Numbered from the stretch's first letter, positions 48,213-58,374 are shown. The stretch: DNA of 64,000 nt from an uncultured Chloroflexia bacterium (GCA_963748625.1 CAVVJT010000010.1:576001-640000), one strand, 5' to 3'. Notes: generated by a model not told the origin, from the sequence alone. Numbers and translations are program-made.

Positions 48213-48757
48213 GAATGGGCTTCCGGCGAGATCAGGGAGCGGGATGCCACGGGCTCCGACGCCTCAAAGGCGGCCTCGAAGGCCGTGTACGCAGCTGCAC
48301 CGCGCAGCGCGAGGACGACATGCTCCAGGGAGGACGGTGTCTCGAGCTCGTCGCGCACGGTGTCCACCACGACCCGAGCCGCCTCATCGAGCGGGAAGCC
48401 GCCGATGCCGGTCCCCAGGGCCGGGATCGCGATGCTGCCGAGCTGGAGCTCACGGGCCCGGGCCATCGTCGCCCGAACCGCAGCCTCGATGGCTGGGCCG
48501 CTCGTGCGCCGGTCGCGTTCGAGGGAGACGGCGTGGATCACGACCTTCGCCGCGAGGCGCCCGGCCGGCGTCACGATGGCATCGCCGATGGCCGCCGGTC
48601 CCTGGTGCACGGCAGCGAACTCGATGGCGTCGCCGCCCGCGCGCTTGACCTCGCCGGCGATCCCGGCCGACATCCAGAGCGACGTGGCAGCAGGAACGAC
48701 GATCGCGTCCACCTCGAGGTGGCAGATGTCGCCGTTCCAGAGCTCGATGCGCGCCAA
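48209..48757 (-). CDS. Macro-domain protein
   Basis: GDI..VDAIV, GDAIVTPAGRL.AK.VIHAV, SIAIPALGTGIGGFP; TTG start. Confidence 0.88.
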   Translation of the reverse strand: MARIELWNGDICHLEVDAIVVPAATSLWMSAGIAGEVKRAGGDAIEFAAVHQGPAAIGDAIVTPAGRLAAKVVIHAVSLERDRRTSGPAIEAAVRATMARARELQLGSIAIPALGTGIGGFPLDEAARVVVDTVRDELETPSSLEHVVLALRGAAAYTAFEAAFEASEPVASRSLISPEAHS

Positions 48758-48762
48758 CGTCC

Positions 48763-50007
48763 CTACCCCGTGAGCGTCCGCAGGCCTGCCACGGAACCGG
48801 CGGCATGGTACACCCGTGCAACGCGCCTCGACATCCCGGTCACGACCTCGTAGCTGATCGTTCCACCTGCCGCAGCGAGCTCGTAGGCGGAGATCCGCTC
48901 GCCATCCTGCTCCCCGATCAGCACGAACTCGTCGTCCTCGCTGACGGGCGCTCCGGGCACGTCCGTGACGTCCGCCATGACGGCGTCCATGGACACCCGG
49001 CCCACCAGGGGGACGCGGTTGCCGCGGACAAGGGCGGAGGCCCGACCCGTGAGAATCCGGTGCCAGCCGTCACCGTACCCGAGCGCGAGGGTGGCGATGC
49101 GGGACACCCGGCTGGCGAAGAAGACGGGGCCGTAGCCCACGCCGTGGCCCGCAGGCAGGTCCAGGACCCGGACCGGGCGGGCGTGGAGCGACAGGACCGG
49201 GCGCAGCGCCGCGGCATCGGCGGCGGTATGCGCGGCGGGAGCGAGGCCATCCGGCACGAGGCCGTAGATCGCGATGCCCGGCCGGACCGCGTCCCAGCGC
49301 TTGGCAACCCCTGCCAGGAGTCCGCCGCTGCCCGCGAGGTGCCGGCGCGGGAAGCCGGCGCCAGTGCCCAGCTCCCAAGCAGCGCCGAGCCGGTCGAGCG
49401 CATCGGCGAAGCGGCCATCCTGGCCCAGCGTGTACACGGCATCGTCGGCGGCGGCGAGATGCGTCCAGATGCCCACCAGGCGCACGCCGGGCGCCCGGGT
49501 CACCCGCTCCACCAGCCCTGCCGCATCCGCCGGCAGCACGCCGCCCCGTCCCAGGCCGGTATCGACCTCCACATGGACATCGAGCGCCGGGCCACCGTCC
49601 GCCGCATTGGCCTCCGCGGCGGCGAGGATCCGATCGCCGTTGTGCCCCGGTCCGAGTGACGTGGCGATTCCGGCGGCGGCAGCTTCCGCCACGTGCGCAG
49701 CCGGAATCGGGTACAGGACCATGAGGGGCCCCTTGAGCCCGGCGGCGCGCAGCTCGTATGCCTCGTCGAGCGTGGCCACGGAGAAGCCATCGGCACCCGC
49801 CGCCTCGAGTGCGAGCGCGCACGGGACGGCGCCATGCCCGTACGCATCCGCCTTCACAACCGGCTCGATCCGCACGCCCTCGCCGGCCGCGGAACGCAGC
49901 GCCGCGAGGTTGCCGGCGAGCGCATCGAGGTCGATCTCGATCCAGGTGGGCCGGGCGAGCGGAGGGAATCCGGCGGCAGCCAGGCGAACCTCGATGGGGA
50001 CGGTCAC
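48763..50007 (-). CDS. alr: Alanine racemase
   Basis: VVKADAYGHG, VDTGLGR.G, RPGIAIYG, GYGDG, GRVSMD, TISYE. Confidence 0.96.
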   Translation of the reverse strand: MTVPIEVRLAAAGFPPLARPTWIEIDLDALAGNLAALRSAAGEGVRIEPVVKADAYGHGAVPCALALEAAGADGFSVATLDEAYELRAAGLKGPLMVLYPIPAAHVAEAAAAGIATSLGPGHNGDRILAAAEANAADGGPALDVHVEVDTGLGRGGVLPADAAGLVERVTRAPGVRLVGIWTHLAAADDAVYTLGQDGRFADALDRLGAAWELGTGAGFPRRHLAGSGGLLAGVAKRWDAVRPGIAIYGLVPDGLAPAAHTAADAAALRPVLSLHARPVRVLDLPAGHGVGYGPVFFASRVSRIATLALGYGDGWHRILTGRASALVRGNRVPLVGRVSMDAVMADVTDVPGAPVSEDDEFVLIGEQDGERISAYELAAAGGTISYEVVTGMSRRVARVYHAAGSVAGLRTLTG

Positions 50008-51155
50008 GCCCCGGCCCCGGGATCAGCGTCGGCCCCGGCCCCGGGATCAGCGTCGGCCCCGGCCCCGGGATCAGCGTCGGCCCCGGCCCCGGGATCAGCG
50101 TCCGCGGCGCCGGAACCACCGGGCGGACCGGGCTCCCGCGAGCCGAACCCGAGCTTCCGACCGCCCCGCTGGCGCTCCGCGATGGCGGCCAGGCGCTTGC
50201 GCACCATCGGCACGGCCTCGGGCAGGTCCGATGCCAGCAGGCCCGCGTCGCCGAGGCGCTCGCGCACCAGCTCGCCCGCCTGCGCGTGGAGGTACACCCC
50301 GAGCCGCGCCGCGTCGTAGGGTGCCAGGCCCTGCGCGAGCAGGGCACCGACCGTGCCTGCCAGCACGTCGCCGGTGCCGCCCGACGCCATCGCCGGGTTC
50401 TCGAACGGGGCGACGGCGACGGATCCGTCCGGGGCGGCGATCACGGTGTTCGCGCCCTTGAGGATGACGACCTGTCCCCACTCCACGGCCGCTGCCGATG
50501 CAGCCCGCACGCGATCCTCATCGCTGGTGTTGAGGTCGCCGTCCGCCGCGGGATCATGTCCGGCGCCGGCGCGCAGGCGGAGGAACTCGCCAACGTGCGG
50601 CGTGAGCACGCACGGACGGGTGACGCTCGTCCACCAGTCGTCGGCCGATGCCAGGGTCCGCAGCGCCTCGGCATCGAGCACCGCGGGCGGACCGGCGGCC
50701 TCCTCGGGTGCGGTCAGGATGAGGCGCAGCAGGTCCGCCTGGGCGAGCGACGGGCGCAGACCCGGGCCGATGACCAGCGCGTCGTGCTCGTGGTCGAGGA
50801 CGGCAGCCAGCGCGGGCTCGGGGTCCACCTCCTCCACATCGTCCTCGGGCAGCGGCAGGGTGGTGGCCTCCACGACCTTCGAGGCGAACAGCGGCTGCAG
50901 GGACTCGGGCACGGCTAGGGTCACGAGGCCCGCCCCGGCGCGGCCTGCTGCCCGGCATACGAGCAGCGCCGCGCCGGCATAGTTGAGCGAGCCTGCGACA
51001 ACGAGGATCCGCCCGAACGTGCCCTTGTGGCCGCGAGCCTCGCGCAGCGGGATGAGCCGGGCCATGGACTCGTCGTCGAGGCGCATCGCGCCGGGCGGGA
51101 TCGATCCACCGTCATCCTCGCGCCGCCCGAATCCCACCGGTCGCCGGTCAGCCAC
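50004..51155 (-). CDS. nnrD: NAD(P)H-hydrate dehydratase (YjeF C-terminal domain only)
   Basis: HKGTFG..VAGS..YAGAA, GAGLV, IGPGL, DAEAL, LTPHVGEF, GGTGDVLAG; start inferred at GTG 51155 with a GGAGGAG SD. Confidence 0.92.
   Translation of the reverse strand: MADRRPVGFGRREDDGGSIPPGAMRLDDESMARLIPLREARGHKGTFGRILVVAGSLNYAGAALLVCRAAGRAGAGLVTLAVPESLQPLFASKVVEATTLPLPEDDVEEVDPEPALAAVLDHEHDALVIGPGLRPSLAQADLLRLILTAPEEAAGPPAVLDAEALRTLASADDWWTSVTRPCVLTPHVGEFLRLRAGAGHDPAADGDLNTSDEDRVRAASAAAVEWGQVVILKGANTVIAAPDGSVAVAPFENPAMASGGTGDVLAGTVGALLAQGLAPYDAARLGVYLHAQAGELVRERLGDAGLLASDLPEAVPMVRKRLAAIAERQRGGRKLGFGSREPGPPGGSGAADADPGAGADADPGAGADADPGAGADADPGAGA
50008..50102. repeat. 24-bp coding VNTR x4 (ADADPGAG) at the NnrD C-terminus
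   Basis: GCCCCGGCCCCGGGATCAGCGTCG repeated about four times. Confidence 0.92.
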
Positions 51156-51732
51156 CCTTCTCCTCCGATCCGCCATCGAGCTCCGCGGCCAGCGCGGCCG
51201 ACGCCTCGTGCAGCGATCGCAGCCGGTCCATGCGCGCGAGCAGCGCCTGCTCGCGGTCGTCGAGCCGCGCATCGATGTCGAGCGGGAACACGTACTTGCC
51301 ACCTGCGGTCCGCACGCCGAAGGCGACCGCCACGGCGAAGTCGGACTCGTGGCTGATGGACACCGCGATCCGGCCCATGCCCAGCTGGTCGGCGCGCAGG
51401 GCCGCGCGTCCGTGGAGGACGACGTTGGGCTGGCCGGTGGGCATCCGCTCCACCTCGATGTCGCGCCAGCCCACGCCGCGAACGCCCAGGCCCAGCACCT
51501 TGGACACGGCCTCCTTGGCCGCCCACCGGCCCGCGAAGGTCTCGGGGCGCTGGCGGACGTATCGCTGCTCCTTGGCAGTGAGCACCCGGTCCGCGAACCG
51601 CTGGCCGAACCTGGCGATGGCTGCGGCGATCCGCTCGACCTTGACGATGTCGATGCCGACCTCGGTCGTGCCCGGCGGCACGACACCGGACGGGATCACC
51701 GGGTCGGGGGGCGCGGGCTCGGAGCGCGGCAT
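51148..51732 (-). CDS. acpS: Holo-ACP synthase with a C-terminal extension
   Basis: VGIDIV, AGRWAAKEAVSK, WRDIEV, GQP, VSISH. Confidence 0.93.
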   Translation of the reverse strand: MPRSEPAPPDPVIPSGVVPPGTTEVGIDIVKVERIAAAIARFGQRFADRVLTAKEQRYVRQRPETFAGRWAAKEAVSKVLGLGVRGVGWRDIEVERMPTGQPNVVLHGRAALRADQLGMGRIAVSISHESDFAVAVAFGVRTAGGKYVFPLDIDARLDDREQALLARMDRLRSLHEASAALAAELDGGSEEKGG

Positions 51733-51736
51733 CGGG

Positions 51737-53566
51737 CTACTCCACCGTGACCGACTTGGCAAGGTTGCGCGGCTGGTCCACGTCCGTGCCCCGCGCGACC
51801 GCCGTGTGATAGGCGAAGAGCTGGAGCGGGATCACGGCCAGCACCGGCGCCAGGGCCTCGTGGGTGTCCGGGACCAGGATGACCTCGTCGGCGAAGTGCG
51901 CAATCGAGGTGTCACCCTCAGTCGCGACCGCGATGACGCTGGCGTCGCGCGCCCGGCCCTCCATCACGTTGCTGATGAGCTTGTCGTAGATGCGCGAGCG
52001 GGTCGCCACAGCGACCAGCGGGCACTCCGCGTCCAGCAGCGAGATCGGCCCGTGCTTGAGCTCCCCCGCCGCGTACCCCTCCGCGTGGATGTAGGAGACC
52101 TCCTTGATCTTGAGCGCCCCCTCGAGGGCCGCGGGGTAGCCGTAGGCCCGGCCGATGTACATGAACCCGCGCGAACCGGCATAGCGGCGGGCGAGGACCG
52201 GCACATCGGCGGCCAGCTCCAGGGCCCTCGCGGCGGCCTCAGGCAGATGGCGGAGCGCGGCGCCCAGCTCCAGCTCCTGCTCCATGCCCATCGAGCCGCG
52301 GGCCTTCGCGATCGCCGCCGCCAGCACCACGAGCGTGGTGACCTGCGTGACGAACGTCTTGGACGCCGCAACCGCAACCTCCGGGCCTGCCTGCAGGAAC
52401 ATGACCGCGTCAGCCTCGCGCGTGATGGCCGAACCCACGGTGTTCGTGACTGCGACGATCGGGCAGCCCTGCTCCCGGGCCCAGCGGGTGGGCGCGATCG
52501 TGTCCGCGGTCTCCCCGGACTGGGTCACCGCGATCACGAGGGCGTTCTCGTCGAGCGGCGGGGGCGAGTAGCGGAACTCCGAGCCCACGGTGACGCGGGC
52601 GGGCAGGCCGGTCCACTCCTGGAGCGCGGCCGCCCCCACCAGCGCCGCATAGGACGCGGTGCCGCAGGCGACCAGCTCCACGCGCGTGACCCGGCGAAAG
52701 ACGTCCTGCAGCCCGTCGAGCTCGGGAGCCGCGATGCCACCCGCGGGCGACAGGCGTCCGGCGAGCGACTGGGCGAGGGCCTCGGGCTGCTCGTGGATCT
52801 CCTTGAGCATGAAGTGCGGGTAGCCGCCCTTGGAGGCCGCCTCCGGTGTCCAGTCGATGGTGGTCACCGGCCGTTCGACGGTGGTACCCGCAAGGTCCGT
52901 GACCACGACCCCGGTCGGATGCACGTCCGCCACGTCGCCTTCCTGCAGGAAGACCACGCGGTTGGTGTGGGCCAGGATCGCGGCGACGTCGCTGGCGAGG
53001 AACGTCTCCTCGCCGTTGAGGCCCACGATGAGCGGCACGTTGTGGCGCGCACCCACCAGGCGGTTGATCTCCCCCCGGTGCATCACCACCAGCGCGTAGG
53101 CGCCGTGCACCCGGGTGAGCGCTGCGCGCACGGCTGCCGCGAGGTCGCCCTGGTAGGCATCCTCGACGAGGTGGGCGAGCGCCTCCGTATCGGTCTCGGA
53201 CGTCAGCGTGTGGCCCTTCGCCTCCAGCTCGTCACGGAGCTCGCGGAAGTTCTCGATGATCCCGTTGTGGACCACCGTGATCGCCCCGGTGCAGTCCTGG
53301 TGGGGGTGGGCGTTGAGGTCGTTGGGCCGGCCGTGCGTTGCCCAGCGTGTGTGCGCGACGCCGATCGCCGCATGCGGCGTCCGGCCGAGGAGGGCGGTCT
53401 CGAGGTTGACGAGCTTGCCCGCCTTCTTCTCGACGAACAACTCCCCCTCCTCGTCAACGAGGGCGATCCCGGCGGAGTCGTAGCCGCGGTACTCGAGGCG
53501 CTTGAGGCCCTCGATGAGAATGGGGCCCGCCTCGCGGGGACCGGTGTAGCCGACGATGCCGCACAT
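51737..53566 (-). CDS. glmS: Glutamine--fructose-6-phosphate aminotransferase
   Basis: MCGIVG, LEYRGYDSAG, HTRWATHG, QSGETADT, ELKHG, PRNLAKSVTVE. Confidence 0.98.
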   Translation of the reverse strand: MCGIVGYTGPREAGPILIEGLKRLEYRGYDSAGIALVDEEGELFVEKKAGKLVNLETALLGRTPHAAIGVAHTRWATHGRPNDLNAHPHQDCTGAITVVHNGIIENFRELRDELEAKGHTLTSETDTEALAHLVEDAYQGDLAAAVRAALTRVHGAYALVVMHRGEINRLVGARHNVPLIVGLNGEETFLASDVAAILAHTNRVVFLQEGDVADVHPTGVVVTDLAGTTVERPVTTIDWTPEAASKGGYPHFMLKEIHEQPEALAQSLAGRLSPAGGIAAPELDGLQDVFRRVTRVELVACGTASYAALVGAAALQEWTGLPARVTVGSEFRYSPPPLDENALVIAVTQSGETADTIAPTRWAREQGCPIVAVTNTVGSAITREADAVMFLQAGPEVAVAASKTFVTQVTTLVVLAAAIAKARGSMGMEQELELGAALRHLPEAAARALELAADVPVLARRYAGSRGFMYIGRAYGYPAALEGALKIKEVSYIHAEGYAAGELKHGPISLLDAECPLVAVATRSRIYDKLISNVMEGRARDASVIAVATEGDTSIAHFADEVILVPDTHEALAPVLAVIPLQLFAYHTAVARGTDVDQPRNLAKSVTVE

Positions 53567-53617
53567 GCTCTTGGAGTACTCCTCGGGGACGCGCCTGCTG
53601 CTCGTCGGGGGGTCGGC

Positions 53618-54952
53618 CTAGTGTAGACGCTCCCCTGCGAGGGCCGCGATGGCGTCGGCCAGCTCCAGCACGAGAGCGCCGTCGGCACCCTCGACCATCA
53701 CCCGCAGGACGGGCTCGGTGCCGGACGGACGCACCAGGATGCGGCCGTGGGGCGCGAGCCGGACCTCCGCGTCGGCGATGGCGCTCCGCAGGATGTCGTC
53801 CGCCTCCCACTGGTCGCGGTGGCGGACCCGGATCGCGCGCTGCTGCTGGGGCAGGAGCGGGATCTCACGGGCGAGGTCGCCCAGGCCCGCACGGGCCCCC
53901 TGCATCACGCGCAGGAGCTCCAAGGCGGTGACAATGCCGTCGCCCGACGTGGAGTGCTCGCGCACGATGACATGGCCGCTCTTCTCGCCGCCGAGCCCCG
54001 CCCCCGATACGAGCATCGCCGCGAGGATGTGCTTGTCACCCACCGGCGTCCGGACGATCCGCCCGCCGGCGGCCTCAACTGCCGCCTGCAGGCCACCGTT
54101 CGACAGGACGGAGACCACCAGGCTGCCATCCGCGAGGGCACCCCGGCGCAGGCGCTCGAGGGCGAGGATCCCCAGGACCTGGTCACCGTCCACGAGGTGA
54201 CCCTGCGCATCCACGGCGATGCAGCGGTCGGCGTCGCCATCGAGCGCGAAACCGACATCGGCGCCGTGCGCCAGCACCGCCTCCATCAGCGAGGCCGGGT
54301 CGGTCGCGCCGCAGCCACGGTTGATGTTGTCGCCGTCGGGGCGGTCGTGGATGACGGTGACCCGGGCGCCCGTCTCGCGCACGATCTGGGGCCCCACCTC
54401 GTAGGCTGCGCCGTTGGCCGCGTCGAGCACGACGTGGAGGCCCGCACCGTCCACCGCGGAGGCGAGGGCCGAGCGGTGGGCGCTGTACTCGCCGAGAAGC
54501 CCGTGGGAGGACAGGGCCCGCCCGATGCCGGCGGGCGGCACGCCCGGCAGCTCGTCGGCGCGCAGGACCAGCGCCTCGAGCTCCTCCTCCACGTCATCGT
54601 CGAGCTTCTGCCCTGACGGGTCGAGCACCTTGAGCCCGTTGTCCTCGGCCGGGTTGTGCGACGCGGAGACCATGATCCCGGCGGCGAAGTGGCCGTTGCC
54701 CGCGAGATAGGCGAGCGCCGGCGTGGGCACGACGCCGACGAGGTGCACGTCCGCCCCCATGCTCGTGGCGCCGGCCGTGATGGCCGCAACGAACATGTCT
54801 CCCGAGCGGCGCGTGTCCTGGCCGACGACCAGCGAGCCGCCCGCCTTGACGATGTGGTACGCGGTGGCTCGTCCGAGCTGGAAGGCAAGCGAGGGCCGCA
54901 GGTCCACGTTGGCGGCTCCGCGGATGCCGTCAGTGCCGAACAGGCGCGTCAT
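53618..54952 (-). CDS. glmM: Phosphoglucosamine mutase
   Basis: FGTDGIRG, SASHNP, DGDADR, GGEKSGH, RPSGTEP. Confidence 0.97.
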   Translation of the reverse strand: MTRLFGTDGIRGAANVDLRPSLAFQLGRATAYHIVKAGGSLVVGQDTRRSGDMFVAAITAGATSMGADVHLVGVVPTPALAYLAGNGHFAAGIMVSASHNPAEDNGLKVLDPSGQKLDDDVEEELEALVLRADELPGVPPAGIGRALSSHGLLGEYSAHRSALASAVDGAGLHVVLDAANGAAYEVGPQIVRETGARVTVIHDRPDGDNINRGCGATDPASLMEAVLAHGADVGFALDGDADRCIAVDAQGHLVDGDQVLGILALERLRRGALADGSLVVSVLSNGGLQAAVEAAGGRIVRTPVGDKHILAAMLVSGAGLGGEKSGHVIVREHSTSGDGIVTALELLRVMQGARAGLGDLAREIPLLPQQQRAIRVRHRDQWEADDILRSAIADAEVRLAPHGRILVRPSGTEPVLRVMVEGADGALVLELADAIAALAGERLH

Positions 54953-56306
54953 GCAGGATCCTCGTGCAGGGTGGGCGAAGCGGACGGGTCACGGGGTGGC
55001 CGACGGCGCGTCGGAGGGCGGCGCGGACGGCGTCGTCGGAGGGCTCGGCGGAGGGCTCGGGTGTCGGCGTCGGTGTCGGAGCGGGTGTCGGTGATGGGAT
55101 CGGCTCGACCGTGACGGTGATGGTCTCGGGCGAGATGGCGGCCACCGTGACGCCGGAAGGCAGGGAGGGCACCACCGTGACCTCGTGCGATCCGGCCTCC
55201 AGGTCCGCCACGTTGAGCCCGACCACGATCGGCGCTGCCCCCAGCGTGTCGAGGTCCGCCGTCGACCCGAACAGCGTGAGGAGCACGGTCAAGTTCGACG
55301 CCGTGTAGGTGACGTCGGGCCGCTGGCCGAACAGGCGCACGCCGGCCACGTACGAGCGGGTCTCCGTGACCGGCTCGATGGTCACCACGACCTGCACCGT
55401 GCCCGTCGCCGACGTCACCCCGGTCGGCAGCGCGAGTGCCACCTCCGTCGTCACGGTGCGCGTGGCCCCGGAGATGGGCACAGGCGCCGTGTCCGCGGCA
55501 GTGAGGTCCGCGAGTTGCTCCCCGTCGCCCTCCACCTGGACCACGATCGGGTCGACGGCCACGGCGGCGACCCGGAAGCCGGCACCGGGGCTGCCCGTGA
55601 TCAGCGGGTTGACCGGGACGGTGCGTGTCTCCTTGTCCGTGTAGACCGGAATGGCGACATGCACCGTGGGCGGGTCGATCTCGACACCGGTGACCACCTC
55701 GCCGCTGGCATCCACCGCGCGCGGCTGGAACTCCCGGTCAATGTCGATCCCGCTGCTGTCGATCGGGGTGACGACCTTGACCATGGCCACCTTGTTCACC
55801 GATCCCGAGGGACCCGACACGGTGACCTCGGTCGGGTCCACGATGGGCTCGCCCACCTCGAGCCCGGCCGGTGGCGTTCCCATGTCCACCGCCACGTCGA
55901 GGGTCTTCGCCACCCGCGTGTCCAGGACCACCTGGATGGAACGGGGCCGGAACTCGAGGATGGTCACCCGCGGATCGACAGGCGTGACGATCACCCGGTA
56001 GTTCGCGGCCTGGCCGTCGGCCTTGGCGTTGGCGAGGTCCACCGTGGCCAGGAAGTCGTCACCCTGCAGCCGCCCGACGTCGGCCGGGGCGAGGTAGCGG
56101 ATCTGCTCCACGTCCTTCAGCTGGTTGGTGATGACGGTCCCGGTCGGCTGGTTGACCGGGAGCACGGTGATGGGCCCCGGGTAGGTGTTGCTGTCCTGGC
56201 TTGCGACCAGACCCGCGTACAGGAGCGTGGCGAGCACGATCGCGGCAAGCTTGAGCGGCCAGTTGTGGATGATCGAGCGACCGACCCGGCGCAACGTGCG
56301 ACCCAT
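54930..56306 (-). CDS. cdaR: CdaR/YbbR-repeat regulator of diadenylate cyclase (probable frameshift near 55036; natural stop probably 54989)
   Basis: N-terminal NWPLKL + TM helix; repeated P..V.V.G YbbR domains; lies between cdaA and glmM. Confidence 0.88.
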   Translation of the reverse strand: MGRTLRRVGRSIIHNWPLKLAAIVLATLLYAGLVASQDSNTYPGPITVLPVNQPTGTVITNQLKDVEQIRYLAPADVGRLQGDDFLATVDLANAKADGQAANYRVIVTPVDPRVTILEFRPRSIQVVLDTRVAKTLDVAVDMGTPPAGLEVGEPIVDPTEVTVSGPSGSVNKVAMVKVVTPIDSSGIDIDREFQPRAVDASGEVVTGVEIDPPTVHVAIPVYTDKETRTVPVNPLITGSPGAGFRVAAVAVDPIVVQVEGDGEQLADLTAADTAPVPISGATRTVTTEVALALPTGVTSATGTVQVVVTIEPVTETRSYVAGVRLFGQRPDVTYTASNLTVLLTLFGSTADLDTLGAAPIVVGLNVADLEAGSHEVTVVPSLPSGVTVAAISPETITVTVEPIPSPTPAPTPTPTPEPSAEPSDDAVRAALRRAVGHPVTRPLRPPCTRILHDAPVRH

Positions 56307-56308
56307 CG

Positions 56309-57247
56309 TCAGGCCTCCACCGGGCCGGCGTCGTCAGGGCCGGGTCCGGCCTGCTCGGCAGGCGGGGACGCGGGCACCGCCGGTTCGACCTTGGCGGTCC
56401 GACGACGGGCGATGCGCAGCCGGCCCTGGCGGGCGCCACGCATGAGGACGGAGCCGCCGCGCGCGGGCCCGGAAGGTGAACCGAGCAGGGATGTCAGGGC
56501 ACGTTCGAGCTGCTGCTCGTTGGGTACGCGCACGATCCGTGCGCGCTCGACGACGCTCATCCGGCCGCTCTCCTCGGACACGACCACGGCGACGGCATCG
56601 GTCTGCTCGGTGATGCCCAGGGCCGCCCGATGGCGGGTGCCGAACCGCTCCGAGAGCTGCATCTCGGTGAGGGGCAGGAGGGCCGCCGCGGCCAGGATCC
56701 CGTCGCCCCGGATGATGACGGCGCCGTCATGGAGCTCGGTGCGGGGCATGAAGATGGTGCACAGGATCTCGTACGACAGGTCGGCGTGGAGCATGACGCC
56801 GGTCTCGGCGATCTCCTCGAGTCCCGTCTCACGCTCAAGCACGATCAGGGCCCCGTGGCCCTCCCGCGACAGGAGACCCGCAGCCCTGCTGACCTCGCCC
56901 GCGACATGCTCGATCTGGCGCTGGCCGGCGGGGGCGAACAGACGCCCGACGGCACCGACACGGCCAATGCGCTCGAGCGCACGACGGAGCTCCGGCTGGA
57001 AGACGACGACAAGGGCGAACAGGCCGACCACGGCGCCCGCCTGGAGCAGCTGGGTGAACAGGCGCAGCTCGAGGAGCTGGGCGAGCGCGTAGATGCCCAG
57101 CAGGATCGACACGCCGATCACGAGCGTGACGGCACGGGTGCCCCTGATCAGGCTGAACAGCCAGTAGATGAAGATCGCGGTGATGCCGATGTCGAGCAGG
57201 GTCGTCATCGTGATCTGCCGGACGAGCGAGTCGACGAACGGGAGCAT
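56309..57247 (-). CDS. cdaA: Diadenylate cyclase CdaA
   Basis: N-terminal TM helices, FQPELRRALE, LHDGA, GTRHRAALG, VSEESG. Confidence 0.96.
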   Translation of the reverse strand: MLPFVDSLVRQITMTTLLDIGITAIFIYWLFSLIRGTRAVTLVIGVSILLGIYALAQLLELRLFTQLLQAGAVVGLFALVVVFQPELRRALERIGRVGAVGRLFAPAGQRQIEHVAGEVSRAAGLLSREGHGALIVLERETGLEEIAETGVMLHADLSYEILCTIFMPRTELHDGAVIIRGDGILAAAALLPLTEMQLSERFGTRHRAALGITEQTDAVAVVVSEESGRMSVVERARIVRVPNEQQLERALTSLLGSPSGPARGGSVLMRGARQGRLRIARRRTAKVEPAVPASPPAEQAGPGPDDAGPVEA

Positions 57248-58374
57248 CAGCGGACCGCCCGAGCTGACGTGATGCGCTCCGCGGTCACGGCGTCCCCGTC
57301 CAGCGTCGCGAGCCGGCTGAGCAGGTCGAGCTTGTCGTTCGCGAGCGCGGTCCATCCTTCCTGGTCGTACAGCTGCACCAGCGCCAGGTGGAGTCCCGTG
57401 TCATCAGGGTCGAGCGACAGCGCCTGGTAGCAGGCGTCGAGGGCGGCGTACACGCGACCCTCGCGCAGGCTCGCCGACGCCAGGTCGAGGAACCGCTCGG
57501 TTGCCGAGCGATCGCCGGCGTCCAGGATCATCTCGGCGTCCTGGGCGAGCCTCTCGAGATCCACCGCATCGGGCAGGGCGCGGTCGAGCGCCATGGGGAT
57601 GCGGGCAATCACCGGCACAGTGTCGGGTTCCAGCGCTGGCTCGGGGCCGGGTTCCGCTGCGGGCTCGGGCTCCGTTGCGGTCTCCGCTACCGGCTCCGGC
57701 TCCGGCTCCGGGGTCGATGCCGTTTCCATGACCGGCTCCGGCTCCAGTGCGGCCGCCAACGTCACGTCGCTCGACGCGGCGTCCGCCTCCTCCGCGGCTG
57801 TCCCAGCCGTGGCCTGCGCTGCCGCTGCGGTGGCAACCGCGGGGGCCACCCGTGGGCGAGCCATCGGCATCGCCGAACCCTCGAGCACACGCAGTGCCCG
57901 TTCCAGGGCGAGCCGGCCGGGTTCGCCTGGCTCAGAGGCACGGAGGCGCTCGATCAGGTGCTCGAGCGTCCGGCGCCGGTGGCGCCCCTCGGCGAGCTCG
58001 AGGCCACGCCGAGCGGCATCGACCGCATCAGCGAGCTTGCCACCCGATGCCTGCAGCTCCGCAAGCTCGTCGAAGGCATCGCCGGCTTCGGCCCGTCGCT
58101 CGAGGGCGGACAAGGCCTGGGCCCGCCCGAGCAGCGCCGCCTCATCGCGCGGTCCGATCCGGACCGCTACCTCGTAATGGCGCAACGCGTCGGCGGGCCG
58201 CTTGCGACGCATGAGCGCCGTCCCGGCGCTGGTGTGCGGCGTCGAGCGCTCCGGGGCGATCCTCGCCGCCTCGGCATACGCGACCAGCGCCTCATCAACG
58301 CGGCCTCGCAGTGATGCGACATGCCCGCGCTTGAGCGCTTCCTTGTAGCGCTCGTACAGGGCCTCGCCGCTCAT
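57247..58374 (-). CDS. TPR-repeat protein with an acidic EP-rich linker
   Basis: Helical repeats (A..AY.EA..IAP, AL..YE.A..IGP, CYQALSLDP); stop overlaps the cdaA start (TGATG). Confidence 0.8.
   Translation of the reverse strand: MSGEALYERYKEALKRGHVASLRGRVDEALVAYAEAARIAPERSTPHTSAGTALMRRKRPADALRHYEVAVRIGPRDEAALLGRAQALSALERRAEAGDAFDELAELQASGGKLADAVDAARRGLELAEGRHRRRTLEHLIERLRASEPGEPGRLALERALRVLEGSAMPMARPRVAPAVATAAAAQATAGTAAEEADAASSDVTLAAALEPEPVMETASTPEPEPEPVAETATEPEPAAEPGPEPALEPDTVPVIARIPMALDRALPDAVDLERLAQDAEMILDAGDRSATERFLDLASASLREGRVYAALDACYQALSLDPDDTGLHLALVQLYDQEGWTALANDKLDLLSRLATLDGDAVTAERITSARAVR

Noticed and set aside
50008-50102. 24-bp repeats as a CRISPR array
   Set aside because: They are tandem with no spacers and in frame within a CDS.
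53567-53617. glmS ribozyme
   Set aside because: The 51-bp gap is too short and no recognisable core is present.
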